Shown one piece after another: positions 8,079-17,556 of a DNA stretch of 27,932 bases. Position numbers and translations under genes: made by a program. Each line of letters opens with the position of its first letter. The stretch's first letter is position 1. The stretch is taken from positions 1 to 27,932 of IMG/VR virus record IMGVR_UViG_3300005286_000052; one strand, given 5' to 3'. Source of the DNA: a virus (lineage: Duplodnaviria; Caudoviricetes). The notes beneath the pieces are model-generated. The model made no database searches, was not told where the DNA came from, and saw only the letters and a program-made list of their open reading frames with translations.

Positions 8079-8175
8079 AAAACCATCTATTCTACTTAAA
8101 TATTAAGATAGATGGTTTTGGAAGTCAAGCAATTTGTTAAAAAGTATTGCAATTTTATAGTTTATCTTATATAAT
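8079..8175. promoter_or_regulatory. Divergent sigmaA promoters with a 12-bp inverted repeat
   Basis: + strand TTGCAA (8147-8152), 17 bp, TATAAT (8170-8175); - strand TTGACT (8128-8123), 17 bp, TAATAT (8105-8100); IR AAAACCATCTAT (8079-8090) / ATAGATGGTTTT (8108-8119). Confidence 0.75.
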
Positions 8176-8199
8176 AGAAATAAGAAAGGAAGGTGAAAA

Positions 8200-8403
8200 A
8201 TGAAACAATTTACTTCAGTGTTCGATCACTACACAGAAGAACAAATCTGCGCTGTTCTTGCCTATGCCGAAAATGCGGTTAATAATAATACATATCACAA
8301 CAGTGACTATGATCTCCATTGCGAGTGGCTAATCACAGGAGATATAAGAGAAAATATAAAAAGATTTGTTTATTTAATCAACAAGTTAGAACGAGGAGAT
8401 TGA
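8200..8403 (+). CDS. Hypothetical protein (67 aa), first gene of the RNAP operon
   Basis: Strong RBS AAGGAAGGTG; its 3' end supplies the GAGGAG RBS of the next gene. Confidence 0.8.
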   Translation: MKQFTSVFDHYTEEQICAVLAYAENAVNNNTYHNSDYDLHCEWLITGDIRENIKRFVYLINKLERGD

Positions 8404-8407
8404 AGAT

Positions 8408-11197
8408 TTGCTAAAAAACAGACAGTTCTTTACCATGAAATTCCAATCTTCTCGCTTAAAAGAGTTTAATTATGATATTCAATTAGACTTTGATAAAGCC
8501 AAGAGATTGGGAGAAATTATTGCGCTATCTGATAGTCAAATGCTACGTAGTATTCGTAGAATTCAAAACAGATATGTGGACTTAGAGCACATAGATCAGT
8601 TATACATAGAGCGAGATAAACTAAAAAAGAAGGATAGAATAAAATATAAAAAAGATATTATAAAATTACAAAAAGAAATTAATAGACTTACTTTTGTGCC
8701 TGAATACATATCTATAGTCATGAACCATCCAAAGCACTACGAGTATCTGTTTCATAATGGTTTATTACTTAACGGTAAAAAATATGTGCGTTTTTCTTGT
8801 TCTGCTGGTCAAGCAAGGGTTTCAACTGTCATTTTTGTGGATGCAAGTATTGCAGATGAATTAAATCGTATCCTTAATAATGGTAGAGATATGATGAAAG
8901 AACTCACACCTTCTAAGTTTAACGCTTACTTTGGAGTCGCAGGATCAGCAACTAAAAAAGTTTCAACCCCTAAGTTTTGCCTTGTTCCTGATTATGAGTC
9001 GCCATTAAAATCAAAAGTCAATTACGTGACCGAAACAAACTTTGAAGAAGATGACATTATCGAGGTTCGTGAAATCGAAACAATGTTCAATCGCTTTGAT
9101 GGACAGGGGCTAGTTAGCGTTAGACAGGCTAAACAGTGGGCTGATGAATTAGAGTTAGATTATATACCTGCTCAATGGTGTATTCGGCAGAATTTTATCA
9201 AGGGGATGCTTTGCACTTTTGATATACATGGTTTTTGTGAAGAAGTAAATAATGGCAATTACAATATAAAAACTTCCTACAAAGACGAAAATGGCAACTA
9301 TAAGATTGTAGACGTTCGAGATATCGATGTCATACTTTCTGAAAGTCAGTTTAAACTGTGGGATTCCTTTGATAGTATCGAACAATATCAAAAAAATTGT
9401 GAAGAAAACCATCTTTATTGGGGAATATCGCTGTATACACCTAAAAGAGATAAAGATATTCTTAAACTGAACTATCAATTTCTTCAGACGTTAAACTTGA
9501 ATAAGCAGGACATTGTGGACGTATCTAAAATGTTTGTAGATTGGATTGAGGGTGTGACTTCGGAGAATATTTATTACACCCTATTGTTCCTATTAGGTGA
9601 AAATGTTGATGAGGACAGATTGAGAAATTATTTTCAACATAGTGATAACCATTGGATTAAAGCGTTGATGCTTGACCACAGTTTGATTAATGATAAATAC
9701 ATAAGAACGAAGATATATGATTTAATTAAAACACGCATTCAACGTGCTTGCTTAGGTGAAATCTTAGTTGAAGGCAATTTTCAAGTAATTGTTTCTGATC
9801 CCTACGCACAGATGCAACATGTTTGTGGACTAGAAGTAAAGGGATTGCTCAAGCCTAACGAATATTATTCTGCTTACTGGAATAACAAAGGTGTAAAGAT
9901 TGTTGATTCTATGAGAGCACCATTAACCTTCAGAAGTGAACATGTTAAGCTTAACCTAGTAAAAAATGAATTAACAGAAAAATGGTATAAGTATTGTTAC
10001 ACTGGTATTATTGTCAATGTTTTTGGAAGAGAAACAATGAATTGGGCAGGTAGTGATTTTGATTACGACATTCTTGCAACCACATCTGATGAGACAATTA
10101 TAAAAGGCGTTTACGAGAATGAATTACCTATAGTTTACGATCCCCCTAAATCAACCAAAAAACTTATAGAGCCTGTAGACCTGTATAATGCTGATTTATT
10201 TTCTTTTGGTTCGCAAATTGGAGCAATTACAAATAAATCTACTTCTGCATTTGCCCTGTTGCCGAAATACAAAGAGAACTCGGAAGAGTATAAAGTACTG
10301 ATGAATCGTTTGAAAATGTGTACGAAATTGCAATCAGCTCAGATTGACAAAGCTAAGATTGGTCGAGAAGTGAAGGGAATACCTAAAGCGTGGGTTGAAT
10401 ACAACAAGATTGAAGACAGTGACTCTGATGACATTAAGCGTAAAAAAGAACTGTTGAACAATACATTACTTGATAAGCACCCATACTTCTTTATTTACTT
10501 GTATAAGGATACAAAACGGAAATATAAGCAGCACAAAGCAAAGCACGACAAGTATTGCCGTAGAACATTCAATATGTCTTTAGAAGAACTAATATCCAAA
10601 AAAAGAAAAACCTTAAAAGAGAAAGAATATTTGGATTTATATTATGAGTTCTTACCTGTGATCGAAAGCAATTCTGTGATGAATGAATTGTGCAAATATA
10701 TTGAATCAATTGACTTTAACATAAATAACAAAATAAAAAATGAGACTGATGATTTAATTTATAAGAAATATATGACAACTTCTGAATCGGAATTCAACTC
10801 TGAAAACTATCATAAAGTAAAGAAGGCATATAAGAATCTGACTAAGTTAATGAAGGGGAAGTTAGAAGATACAGTTTTAATAGATAATTCAGATAATATT
10901 TCAGTTGACTCATTGGGGCAAAATATTTCCGAAAACTATCAATTATTCATTCAGCAAATGGAACAATTAGACATACCTAACAATGAATTGGTCAATTATT
11001 TAATTTATTATCTCTATGTCGAAACCACTTCGCTTGATAAAAACTTTCTTTGGAACGTATATGGGGATGACATTGTTAAAAATCTAAAAGAAAATAGAAT
11101 CGATAATTATTATAAAATTCCTATTAATAATTCTGAAGGAGGTATTAATTATTTATGCAACACTTACCAATTAGAAAGGATCGAATATGAAAAATAA
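8408..11197 (+). CDS. yonO: YonO-like single-subunit double-psi-barrel RNA polymerase
   Basis: 929 aa; motifs 'FDGQG', 'IRQNFIKGML', 'LNYQFLQTL', 'RAP', catalytic 'GSDFDYD', 'IDKAK'; located upstream of an SPbeta-type head cluster. Confidence 0.9.
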   Translation: MLKNRQFFTMKFQSSRLKEFNYDIQLDFDKAKRLGEIIALSDSQMLRSIRRIQNRYVDLEHIDQLYIERDKLKKKDRIKYKKDIIKLQKEINRLTFVPEYISIVMNHPKHYEYLFHNGLLLNGKKYVRFSCSAGQARVSTVIFVDASIADELNRILNNGRDMMKELTPSKFNAYFGVAGSATKKVSTPKFCLVPDYESPLKSKVNYVTETNFEEDDIIEVREIETMFNRFDGQGLVSVRQAKQWADELELDYIPAQWCIRQNFIKGMLCTFDIHGFCEEVNNGNYNIKTSYKDENGNYKIVDVRDIDVILSESQFKLWDSFDSIEQYQKNCEENHLYWGISLYTPKRDKDILKLNYQFLQTLNLNKQDIVDVSKMFVDWIEGVTSENIYYTLLFLLGENVDEDRLRNYFQHSDNHWIKALMLDHSLINDKYIRTKIYDLIKTRIQRACLGEILVEGNFQVIVSDPYAQMQHVCGLEVKGLLKPNEYYSAYWNNKGVKIVDSMRAPLTFRSEHVKLNLVKNELTEKWYKYCYTGIIVNVFGRETMNWAGSDFDYDILATTSDETIIKGVYENELPIVYDPPKSTKKLIEPVDLYNADLFSFGSQIGAITNKSTSAFALLPKYKENSEEYKVLMNRLKMCTKLQSAQIDKAKIGREVKGIPKAWVEYNKIEDSDSDDIKRKKELLNNTLLDKHPYFFIYLYKDTKRKYKQHKAKHDKYCRRTFNMSLEELISKKRKTLKEKEYLDLYYEFLPVIESNSVMNELCKYIESIDFNINNKIKNETDDLIYKKYMTTSESEFNSENYHKVKKAYKNLTKLMKGKLEDTVLIDNSDNISVDSLGQNISENYQLFIQQMEQLDIPNNELVNYLIYYLYVETTSLDKNFLWNVYGDDIVKNLKENRIDNYYKIPINNSEGGINYLCNTYQLERIEYEK

Positions 11198-12002
11198 ATT
11201 TCTTTATAATGAAATCGAATATGCTAAATACGTTGAAGAGCATGGATTTTATTCGAGATATCATAAATCTGAGGTCAAACTCTTAGCAAAGTATTGGAAA
11301 TCTATTGGAATCAAACCTAAGCAACGTAAAGAAAAACTATATGACTTTTGTCAAAAGCATATGCAAAACTTTGAGCGAGAAACACATTATAAGTTTATTA
11401 ATTCAGTAATCGCTTATTCCAATAAAAAAACATCGATCCCTATTGTAATCAAGAGCATTCCAGTTTATAGACACGAATTTGAGTTTTTGAACAATCTCCC
11501 TGTTCAAGAACCATTTAAGAAATTACTGTTTACTATTTTAGTCGAGAAACGCATTAAAAAACAAATTAATTCGATCATAAATAACGAAGAAGTTGATTTG
11601 AAGCAATTGTCACCATACCTAAATATAGACAGCAGATTTGGTAGACTGTTAACTGTTTATTCTAAAATTCCTGCTAAATATAAAATTGATTATATGCTGT
11701 ATGAATTAAATCAAACAGAATTAATTAGCGTCACCGACAGGGAATTGGTTAAGTTAAACTACATAGAACAGTTAAATGAGGTCACTTCAGAAGTATTGAT
11801 TGAAATTAAATCATTTGAATCGCATGGTTATTATTACGATTTGCTATGTGGCGACAAGAAAATTTCATTCTGCGAGGATTGTGGTGTAATTATTAAGCGC
11901 ACATCCAATCGAAAAACACGATGTAATGACTGTAATGAACAGTATAGACGTGAATATATGGCTGATTTAATGAAGAAAAAAAGAGAAAGTGTTAGCAATT
12001 AG
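11187..12002 (+). CDS. Hypothetical protein with C-terminal Cys4 zinc ribbon
   Basis: CEDC-x13-CNDC; overlaps the RNAP gene by 11 nt. Confidence 0.8.
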   Translation: MKNKFLYNEIEYAKYVEEHGFYSRYHKSEVKLLAKYWKSIGIKPKQRKEKLYDFCQKHMQNFERETHYKFINSVIAYSNKKTSIPIVIKSIPVYRHEFEFLNNLPVQEPFKKLLFTILVEKRIKKQINSIINNEEVDLKQLSPYLNIDSRFGRLLTVYSKIPAKYKIDYMLYELNQTELISVTDRELVKLNYIEQLNEVTSEVLIEIKSFESHGYYYDLLCGDKKISFCEDCGVIIKRTSNRKTRCNDCNEQYRREYMADLMKKKRESVSN

Positions 12003-12144
12003 AAACAGTCGTTTAATATCGAGAATTAGGCTAATAAACGGCAATTACATACTTAGCGTAATATTATGAAAGAGTATATAAAAAATAGTTGAATTTTTCA
12101 CTATTAATTAGACTCTTATCATAAAATTTTGGGAGAAAATATTT

Positions 12145-12435
12145 ATGGCAAATAAGGAGAAACCTTATAATAAAGATCATGTTGTAGAAAATTTTGCACG
12201 AAGAATTGGTTCCACGAAACAAGACGCTGAACAAATCCTTGCGATTTTCTTCGATATGACTCGTGATTATATTTATGAATATGGAATGTTTCATTATAAA
12301 AGTGAACTTCAAATAGACACTGATTTTGTGCCTACGCACAAAAAGCAGTTACCCAATGGAGATATAGTAACAGTGCCTGATAGGAATAGATTAAAAGTTA
12401 AACTGATGGAAAACTATAAAAAAATGCTTAAATAG
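12145..12435 (+). CDS. HU/IHF-like DNA-binding protein
   Basis: 'YNKDHVVENFARRIGSTKQDAEQIL' helices plus arm 'PNGDIVTVPDRNRLKVK'; same position as SPbeta yonN. Confidence 0.75.
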   Translation: MANKEKPYNKDHVVENFARRIGSTKQDAEQILAIFFDMTRDYIYEYGMFHYKSELQIDTDFVPTHKKQLPNGDIVTVPDRNRLKVKLMENYKKMLK

Positions 12436-12450
12436 CATGGGAGACTGCTT

Positions 12451-13650
12451 ATGAAAAAAATCTTAATAGATACCAATGTTTTATTAGATGGGTTCACTGT
12501 AGAAGAAGGTAACACTTATATAATCCTGTCTCATGTTAATCGAGAATTGGATAAACATAAAACTTATGGCAATGAAGAATTAAAATACAAAACACGCCAA
12601 GCAGTGAGATTCATAGAAGAAAACGCAGATAAATTTGAATTTGATATTAAAGATTATGAAGTGAAATTTGATGAAAATTTTGACGATCAATACACAGACA
12701 ATAAGATTGTACAAGCGTGTTTAGATAACGGCTACAGTCTAATGACCAATGATTTACTCTTGAAACAAAAAGCAAAAGCTTATGATATTGAAATAATTGA
12801 GAGTAAGGAAATAGTTGAAGATGACTATTGTGGGTATAAAATAATTACACCAACTGATGACGAGTTAGCTGATATTTATGAGTTTCCAGAGGTTAATACA
12901 TACAATTTACTTGTGAACCAATATCTTGTTATTAAAGATAAACAGGGGAATGAAGTTGATTGTTTTAGATGGACTGGTAACAAATATACCAAATTAACTG
13001 AGGTTTATCCTAATACAGATTTATTAGGAAAGTTTAAGTGTAAAGATATCTATCAAAAAGCAGCCCTAGATTCTCTTCAGAATAATAGTATTACCATGAT
13101 TCGTGGTAAAGCTGGTTCAGGAAAGAGTTTGGTGGCACTTAGTTATATATTGCATCAATTAGAAAAAGGAAAAATTGATAAGCTTGTAATATTTTCTAAC
13201 CCTTTCGCTACACTCGGTTCGCAGGGTCTTGGTTTTTATAAAGGTGATAAAAACCAGAAGCTATTACAAAGCAGCATTGGAAATCTTCTTATGTCTAAAC
13301 TAGGAGATATTAAACAAGTTGAAGCAATGATTGAAGAAGGGGTTCTTCATTTACTTCCTTTTTCTGACATAAGAGGGTATGACACTGGAAACAATTCAGC
13401 AGTATGGATTTCAGAAGCACAAAACCTCGATATTAATCTTATGAAACTTGCTCTACAGAGATTGGGCGAGGGAAGTTTTATGGTTGTAGATGGTGATGAT
13501 AAGACACAAGTTGATTCCCACATTTTTGCAGGTTCTCGCAACGGCATGAAAAGACTAAGCAAGATATTTCGCGGTGAAGATTTGTATGGTGAAATTGAAT
13601 TTACTAAAATTTATCGTAGTAGGGTAGCAGAAATAGCAGATAAAATGTAA
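12451..13650 (+). CDS. phoH: PIN-PhoH fusion (PhoH2-like)
   Basis: N-terminal PIN ('ILIDTNVLL', 'ELD', 'TDNKI', 'TND'); C-terminal PhoH ATPase 'GKAGSGKS', 'SEAQNL', 'GDDKTQVD'. Confidence 0.9.
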   Translation: MKKILIDTNVLLDGFTVEEGNTYIILSHVNRELDKHKTYGNEELKYKTRQAVRFIEENADKFEFDIKDYEVKFDENFDDQYTDNKIVQACLDNGYSLMTNDLLLKQKAKAYDIEIIESKEIVEDDYCGYKIITPTDDELADIYEFPEVNTYNLLVNQYLVIKDKQGNEVDCFRWTGNKYTKLTEVYPNTDLLGKFKCKDIYQKAALDSLQNNSITMIRGKAGSGKSLVALSYILHQLEKGKIDKLVIFSNPFATLGSQGLGFYKGDKNQKLLQSSIGNLLMSKLGDIKQVEAMIEEGVLHLLPFSDIRGYDTGNNSAVWISEAQNLDINLMKLALQRLGEGSFMVVDGDDKTQVDSHIFAGSRNGMKRLSKIFRGEDLYGEIEFTKIYRSRVAEIADKM

Positions 13651-13725
13651 ATTTTAATTTAAAAAATAAATTATAAAGTGGAGATACTTGATTCTCCACT
13701 ATCTCTATATAACGAGGTATATGAA

Positions 13726-15228
13726 ATGGGAGAAAATAAACGTTATACTGATAAGCAATTGCTTGAAATAGGAATAAAGAAACGACAAGGAAAATTACAG
13801 AAGAGCTGGCAAACACTTGCTGAAACCTATGCTCGTGGACGATTTAGAGATGGGGAACAATTCAGAAGTTGGGTTAAAAATAAAGTATTAAAAGACGGAA
13901 GAAAGTCTGAAAGAATTACAATTAAACCTTCTAGTGCCAACTACGATCATGAGAAAGTTAAGAATAAAGAAGAAATAAACATTAAGGCTGATGGAACACA
14001 TGAAATCGAGAAAATAGTAGATTTCAAAAAGTCAGAATTTGAAATTGAAGAAGGAAAGTTAAAAGATAAAAACTATTTATTAGAATTTCATGGCTATAAT
14101 CCAAAAGAATTTAAACTACTCACTGCAAGAAGCTCTATGTGGGAAGTACCCACTGGTGATGAAAATGAGCCTGTTAGAATTCAATATGCTAGTAAAATTA
14201 CAGTTAAACCATATGACACTGAATTAACAGAAGAAAAGTCTGTTGAACTGTATATGGCAGAATTAGAAATTAAAAAACAGATTCAAATTAATCAGCAATA
14301 TAAGAATGAAATCAACAAATTAATTAGAAATGAAGCTAGTAAGGATTTAGTTTTGGATCTGATTAAGAAGTCTGTTGCCGATTTAGAAAAAATCAAACCT
14401 TTAAGCATAAGTAAATCAGATTACTATCCTTATGTGGAGTCGTCGCCTTGCAAAGTTTACGGAAATGTGATTTGGAGCGATTGGCACTATGCTGCTGAAG
14501 TAAATAACACATTTAATACATATAACACAAACATCTTTGAACTTCGCTTGCGTAAACTTATTGATGAAACAATTAATTCTATTTACAGATTTGGTGTTAC
14601 TCATTTAACTATTGGCAATATTGGCGATATGATTTCTGGAGCAATACATGTGTCAACTAGGGTACAAGCAAGCGAGGACGTTATAACTCAAATTACCTAT
14701 GTATCTGAACGCATTGCCGAAGCAGTCGCTGAAATATCAGGGCATGTTGAGTATATAAAATTTATAAATGTAATGGGTAATCATTCAAGATTGGTTGCAG
14801 ATAAACAACAAGCCTTGTTAAATGAAAATTTAGAAAGAATCATTCCTTGGTATTTACAAGCTAGAATAGGTCACATAGAAAATATTGAACTTGTTCACGG
14901 TGAAGATGGTTACTATATCGACAACACTTTTAATGACCCACATTTATATGTTCATGGCGATTTAGATAAGGTTGATAAAGTTGTTAAAACAGCATCGCAA
15001 TTGATGAATATCATTCCAACCTTAATCTTCTCAGGGCACATTCACCATCATACATTAAAAGAGCATGGTAAAACCATAGTCATTTCAAATGGTAGTATGG
15101 TTGGATTGGATGATTATGCTGTCGGAGGTCGATTTGCAGGACAACCTATGCAATTATTCCATGTATTTACTGAGAGTGGAAAGATTGACGTTCAAAAACC
15201 TATTTATTTTGATGGTATAGGAGTATAA
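13726..15228 (+). CDS. Calcineurin-like metallophosphoesterase (SPbeta YonJ-like)
   Basis: Motifs SDWH, GDMISG, GNH, HGD, GHIH; likely start ATG 13726 after GAGGT RBS. Confidence 0.85.
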   Translation: MGENKRYTDKQLLEIGIKKRQGKLQKSWQTLAETYARGRFRDGEQFRSWVKNKVLKDGRKSERITIKPSSANYDHEKVKNKEEINIKADGTHEIEKIVDFKKSEFEIEEGKLKDKNYLLEFHGYNPKEFKLLTARSSMWEVPTGDENEPVRIQYASKITVKPYDTELTEEKSVELYMAELEIKKQIQINQQYKNEINKLIRNEASKDLVLDLIKKSVADLEKIKPLSISKSDYYPYVESSPCKVYGNVIWSDWHYAAEVNNTFNTYNTNIFELRLRKLIDETINSIYRFGVTHLTIGNIGDMISGAIHVSTRVQASEDVITQITYVSERIAEAVAEISGHVEYIKFINVMGNHSRLVADKQQALLNENLERIIPWYLQARIGHIENIELVHGEDGYYIDNTFNDPHLYVHGDLDKVDKVVKTASQLMNIIPTLIFSGHIHHHTLKEHGKTIVISNGSMVGLDDYAVGGRFAGQPMQLFHVFTESGKIDVQKPIYFDGIGV

Positions 15229-15232
15229 CGTC

Positions 15233-15496
15233 ATGAAAGACGAATTTTATTCAGCTCCTGCTACTATAACGCCCAATGTTTTATTCTTGGAGACCAGTGA
15301 GTTGGAAAGTAAAGAAGAAATGATACTTGACTATTGCGCTATTTTACAAACCTGTCGAACTAAAATTGAAATAGAAGCAGTGTTAGAAGACTTTTACGAA
15401 AAAGTTGTTGAGCGCTCAGGAAAACTAATAATAGAACGACAAATAATAGATAAAGTCAAACAGTTAAACGAATTGCGCAGTAATTCTAAATTCTAA
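15233..15496 (+). CDS. Hypothetical protein (87 aa)
   Basis: AGGAG RBS; tightly packed in the operon. Confidence 0.75.
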   Translation: MKDEFYSAPATITPNVLFLETSELESKEEMILDYCAILQTCRTKIEIEAVLEDFYEKVVERSGKLIIERQIIDKVKQLNELRSNSKF

Positions 15497-15515
15497 AACT
15501 CAGAGGAGAATTTTT

Positions 15516-16169
15516 ATGAAAAAAAATAAAATCAAATTATGCGAACACTGCGTAACAGAAGAAGATGCTATCTCTGATGAGGAAATGGCTTCTATACTAT
15601 CTTCAACTGCATATGACACAGATGATGAATTAGAACAAATAGAAAAAGAAAATAGAATTATACATATTAACTACGATATAGATAGTCTAATCTATGATAG
15701 AGTAACAAGATTGATTCACAAATACAATTTAGAAGATGATCTTGAAAATATCGCCTATGAAGATCGTACACCGATTAAGCTGCATATACATTCTAATGGC
15801 GGGAGTTTGCATGACGGACTTACGGTAGTCAATGCCATTGTTTCTAGCAGAACTCCTGTGTACACTTATGCCGAATGTACGGTTGCATCAATGGCATTTA
15901 TGATTTACGTTGCAGGACATTATCGTTATGCACGAAAATTTAATGATTTCATGTATCATGATGTTTCTTTTGATGTAGGCGGAACAGCTACTGAAGTCAG
16001 AAGAAGTGTTGATAGTATAGTTAAATTGCGTGACATTTGTGATGATTTTATTATTGAAAGAACAAACATTACACTTTCACAAATAAACGAAGTATTCAAA
16101 TCTAACAGAGATTGGCATTTCTTTAGTGAGGAAGCTTTGGAGCTTGGTGTGTGTCACGAAATTATATAG
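15516..16169 (+). CDS. clpP: ClpP-like serine peptidase
   Basis: 'LHIHSNGGS', 'VASMA' (Ser), 'FMYH' (His), 'RDWHFFSEEALELG' (Asp region). Confidence 0.88.
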   Translation: MKKNKIKLCEHCVTEEDAISDEEMASILSSTAYDTDDELEQIEKENRIIHINYDIDSLIYDRVTRLIHKYNLEDDLENIAYEDRTPIKLHIHSNGGSLHDGLTVVNAIVSSRTPVYTYAECTVASMAFMIYVAGHYRYARKFNDFMYHDVSFDVGGTATEVRRSVDSIVKLRDICDDFIIERTNITLSQINEVFKSNRDWHFFSEEALELGVCHEII

Positions 16170-16189
16170 ATAAAGTATTCAAACCATTG

Positions 16190-16216
16190 AGTCTAAACTG
16201 ATGTTTAGACTTTTTT
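16190..16216 (+). terminator. Intrinsic terminator after clpP
   Basis: AGTCTAAAC-TGAT-GTTTAGACT followed by a T run. Confidence 0.7.
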
Positions 16217-16338
16217 GTTTGCATACTTTTATGCAAAACTGCAAGTTTGTTCTGCTTTAAGGACAGTGATTGTGATGCAGCCATTCTCCCTAGCTGCATC
16301 CTCCTTGCTTTTACTAACAAGAAGGGAGAGTTAAACGA

Positions 16339-17556
16339 TTGTCAACTAAAAGACGTTTTAATTTAAATAAAGATACTAGTGAAAAGACATTGAATGTAAC
16401 CATGATTACATGCACTGGAAAATGCGGAAAAGAAAAGAAATCACATCTGTTTTATGCGAGTTCTAATCCATTGTACGCAAGCACTGGAAGATTCCCTGTG
16501 TGTATAGCTTGTATATCAGACAGACTTCCTGATTATAGAATTAATCAGAAAGATGACTTATTTAAAATTATACAAGATAAAAACTTTATCAATGCAGTAT
16601 TAAATTTGTTAAAAACTATGAATTATCCGTTTGTAGTTCAGTATTGGACTAGTGCTATCAATGACGCAGAACGATCTGGTAAGCATGTGTTTGGACTGTA
16701 CATGAAATATCTTAATAAAAATAAAAAAATTGCTTACACATATGAGGATGGAGATGTCAATTTATCAGTTGAAGACATCTGTAGATTAAGTGTCAGCAGA
16801 GGGCTTACTGTAGAGACACTTGAAGAAACTAAAAAAGAAGAAGAAAAGGTAAAACTAAAGTTTGATGAGAACGATAGCACAGAAATAACAGAGGATGACA
16901 TCAGCACTCAAAAAGACATCATAAAACTACTAGGGTACGATCCTTTTTCTGGGTACAGTGCTATTGACCGAAAATACATGTATCAAGAGTTACACCCATT
17001 TCTAGATGAAGATACAGTAGAAGATCAACATTTGGTAAATGTGGTCGTTCAATTGGTTGTAAATAATAACCAAGTAAAAAAAATTGACAATGCTATCGCA
17101 GGACTCAGCCAGAGCGTAGAAGCCTTAAAAGAAAATCACACAGAAATCGATAAGCTTGCGAAAACCAAGAAAATAATTCAAGAGGCATCAACAAAATTGG
17201 CGACTGAAAATAGTATTGCTCTAAAACATAGGACAGACAAGAAACAGGGCAGAAGTACACTTGGCTATATGATGAAGGAATTGCGTGAGTATAATTTTAA
17301 GGACGCAGAAGAGAATTATTATGACATAAACAAGTCTAAAGGAATGCAAGTAACCGCTGAACTAAGTGTTAAGGCGATTTTTGATCAATTGCAATTCTCT
17401 GAATCGGATTACGAGGATATGTTAAAAGAAGCCCGTGACATGAATGTGAATTTTCAAAAGCAAATAATGGAGTTGGAAGAAGAAATTAGAAAAAATAACG
17501 TTTTAATAGATGCTTATAAAAAGCGTTATGGTGATTTGGATGGTGAAGACTTCTAA
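16339..17556 (+). CDS. Putative terminase small subunit-like protein with N-terminal Zn finger (SPbeta YonG-like)
   Basis: TTG start after AAGGGAG RBS; CTGKC...CIAC; abuts terL; function inferred from synteny. Confidence 0.6.
   Translation: MSTKRRFNLNKDTSEKTLNVTMITCTGKCGKEKKSHLFYASSNPLYASTGRFPVCIACISDRLPDYRINQKDDLFKIIQDKNFINAVLNLLKTMNYPFVVQYWTSAINDAERSGKHVFGLYMKYLNKNKKIAYTYEDGDVNLSVEDICRLSVSRGLTVETLEETKKEEEKVKLKFDENDSTEITEDDISTQKDIIKLLGYDPFSGYSAIDRKYMYQELHPFLDEDTVEDQHLVNVVVQLVVNNNQVKKIDNAIAGLSQSVEALKENHTEIDKLAKTKKIIQEASTKLATENSIALKHRTDKKQGRSTLGYMMKELREYNFKDAEENYYDINKSKGMQVTAELSVKAIFDQLQFSESDYEDMLKEARDMNVNFQKQIMELEEEIRKNNVLIDAYKKRYGDLDGEDF

Noticed and set aside
7021-8120. Recombinase as a prophage integrase with an adjacent att boundary
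   Set aside because: Phage-like sequence continues on both sides; no tRNA or host gene junction is visible in the window
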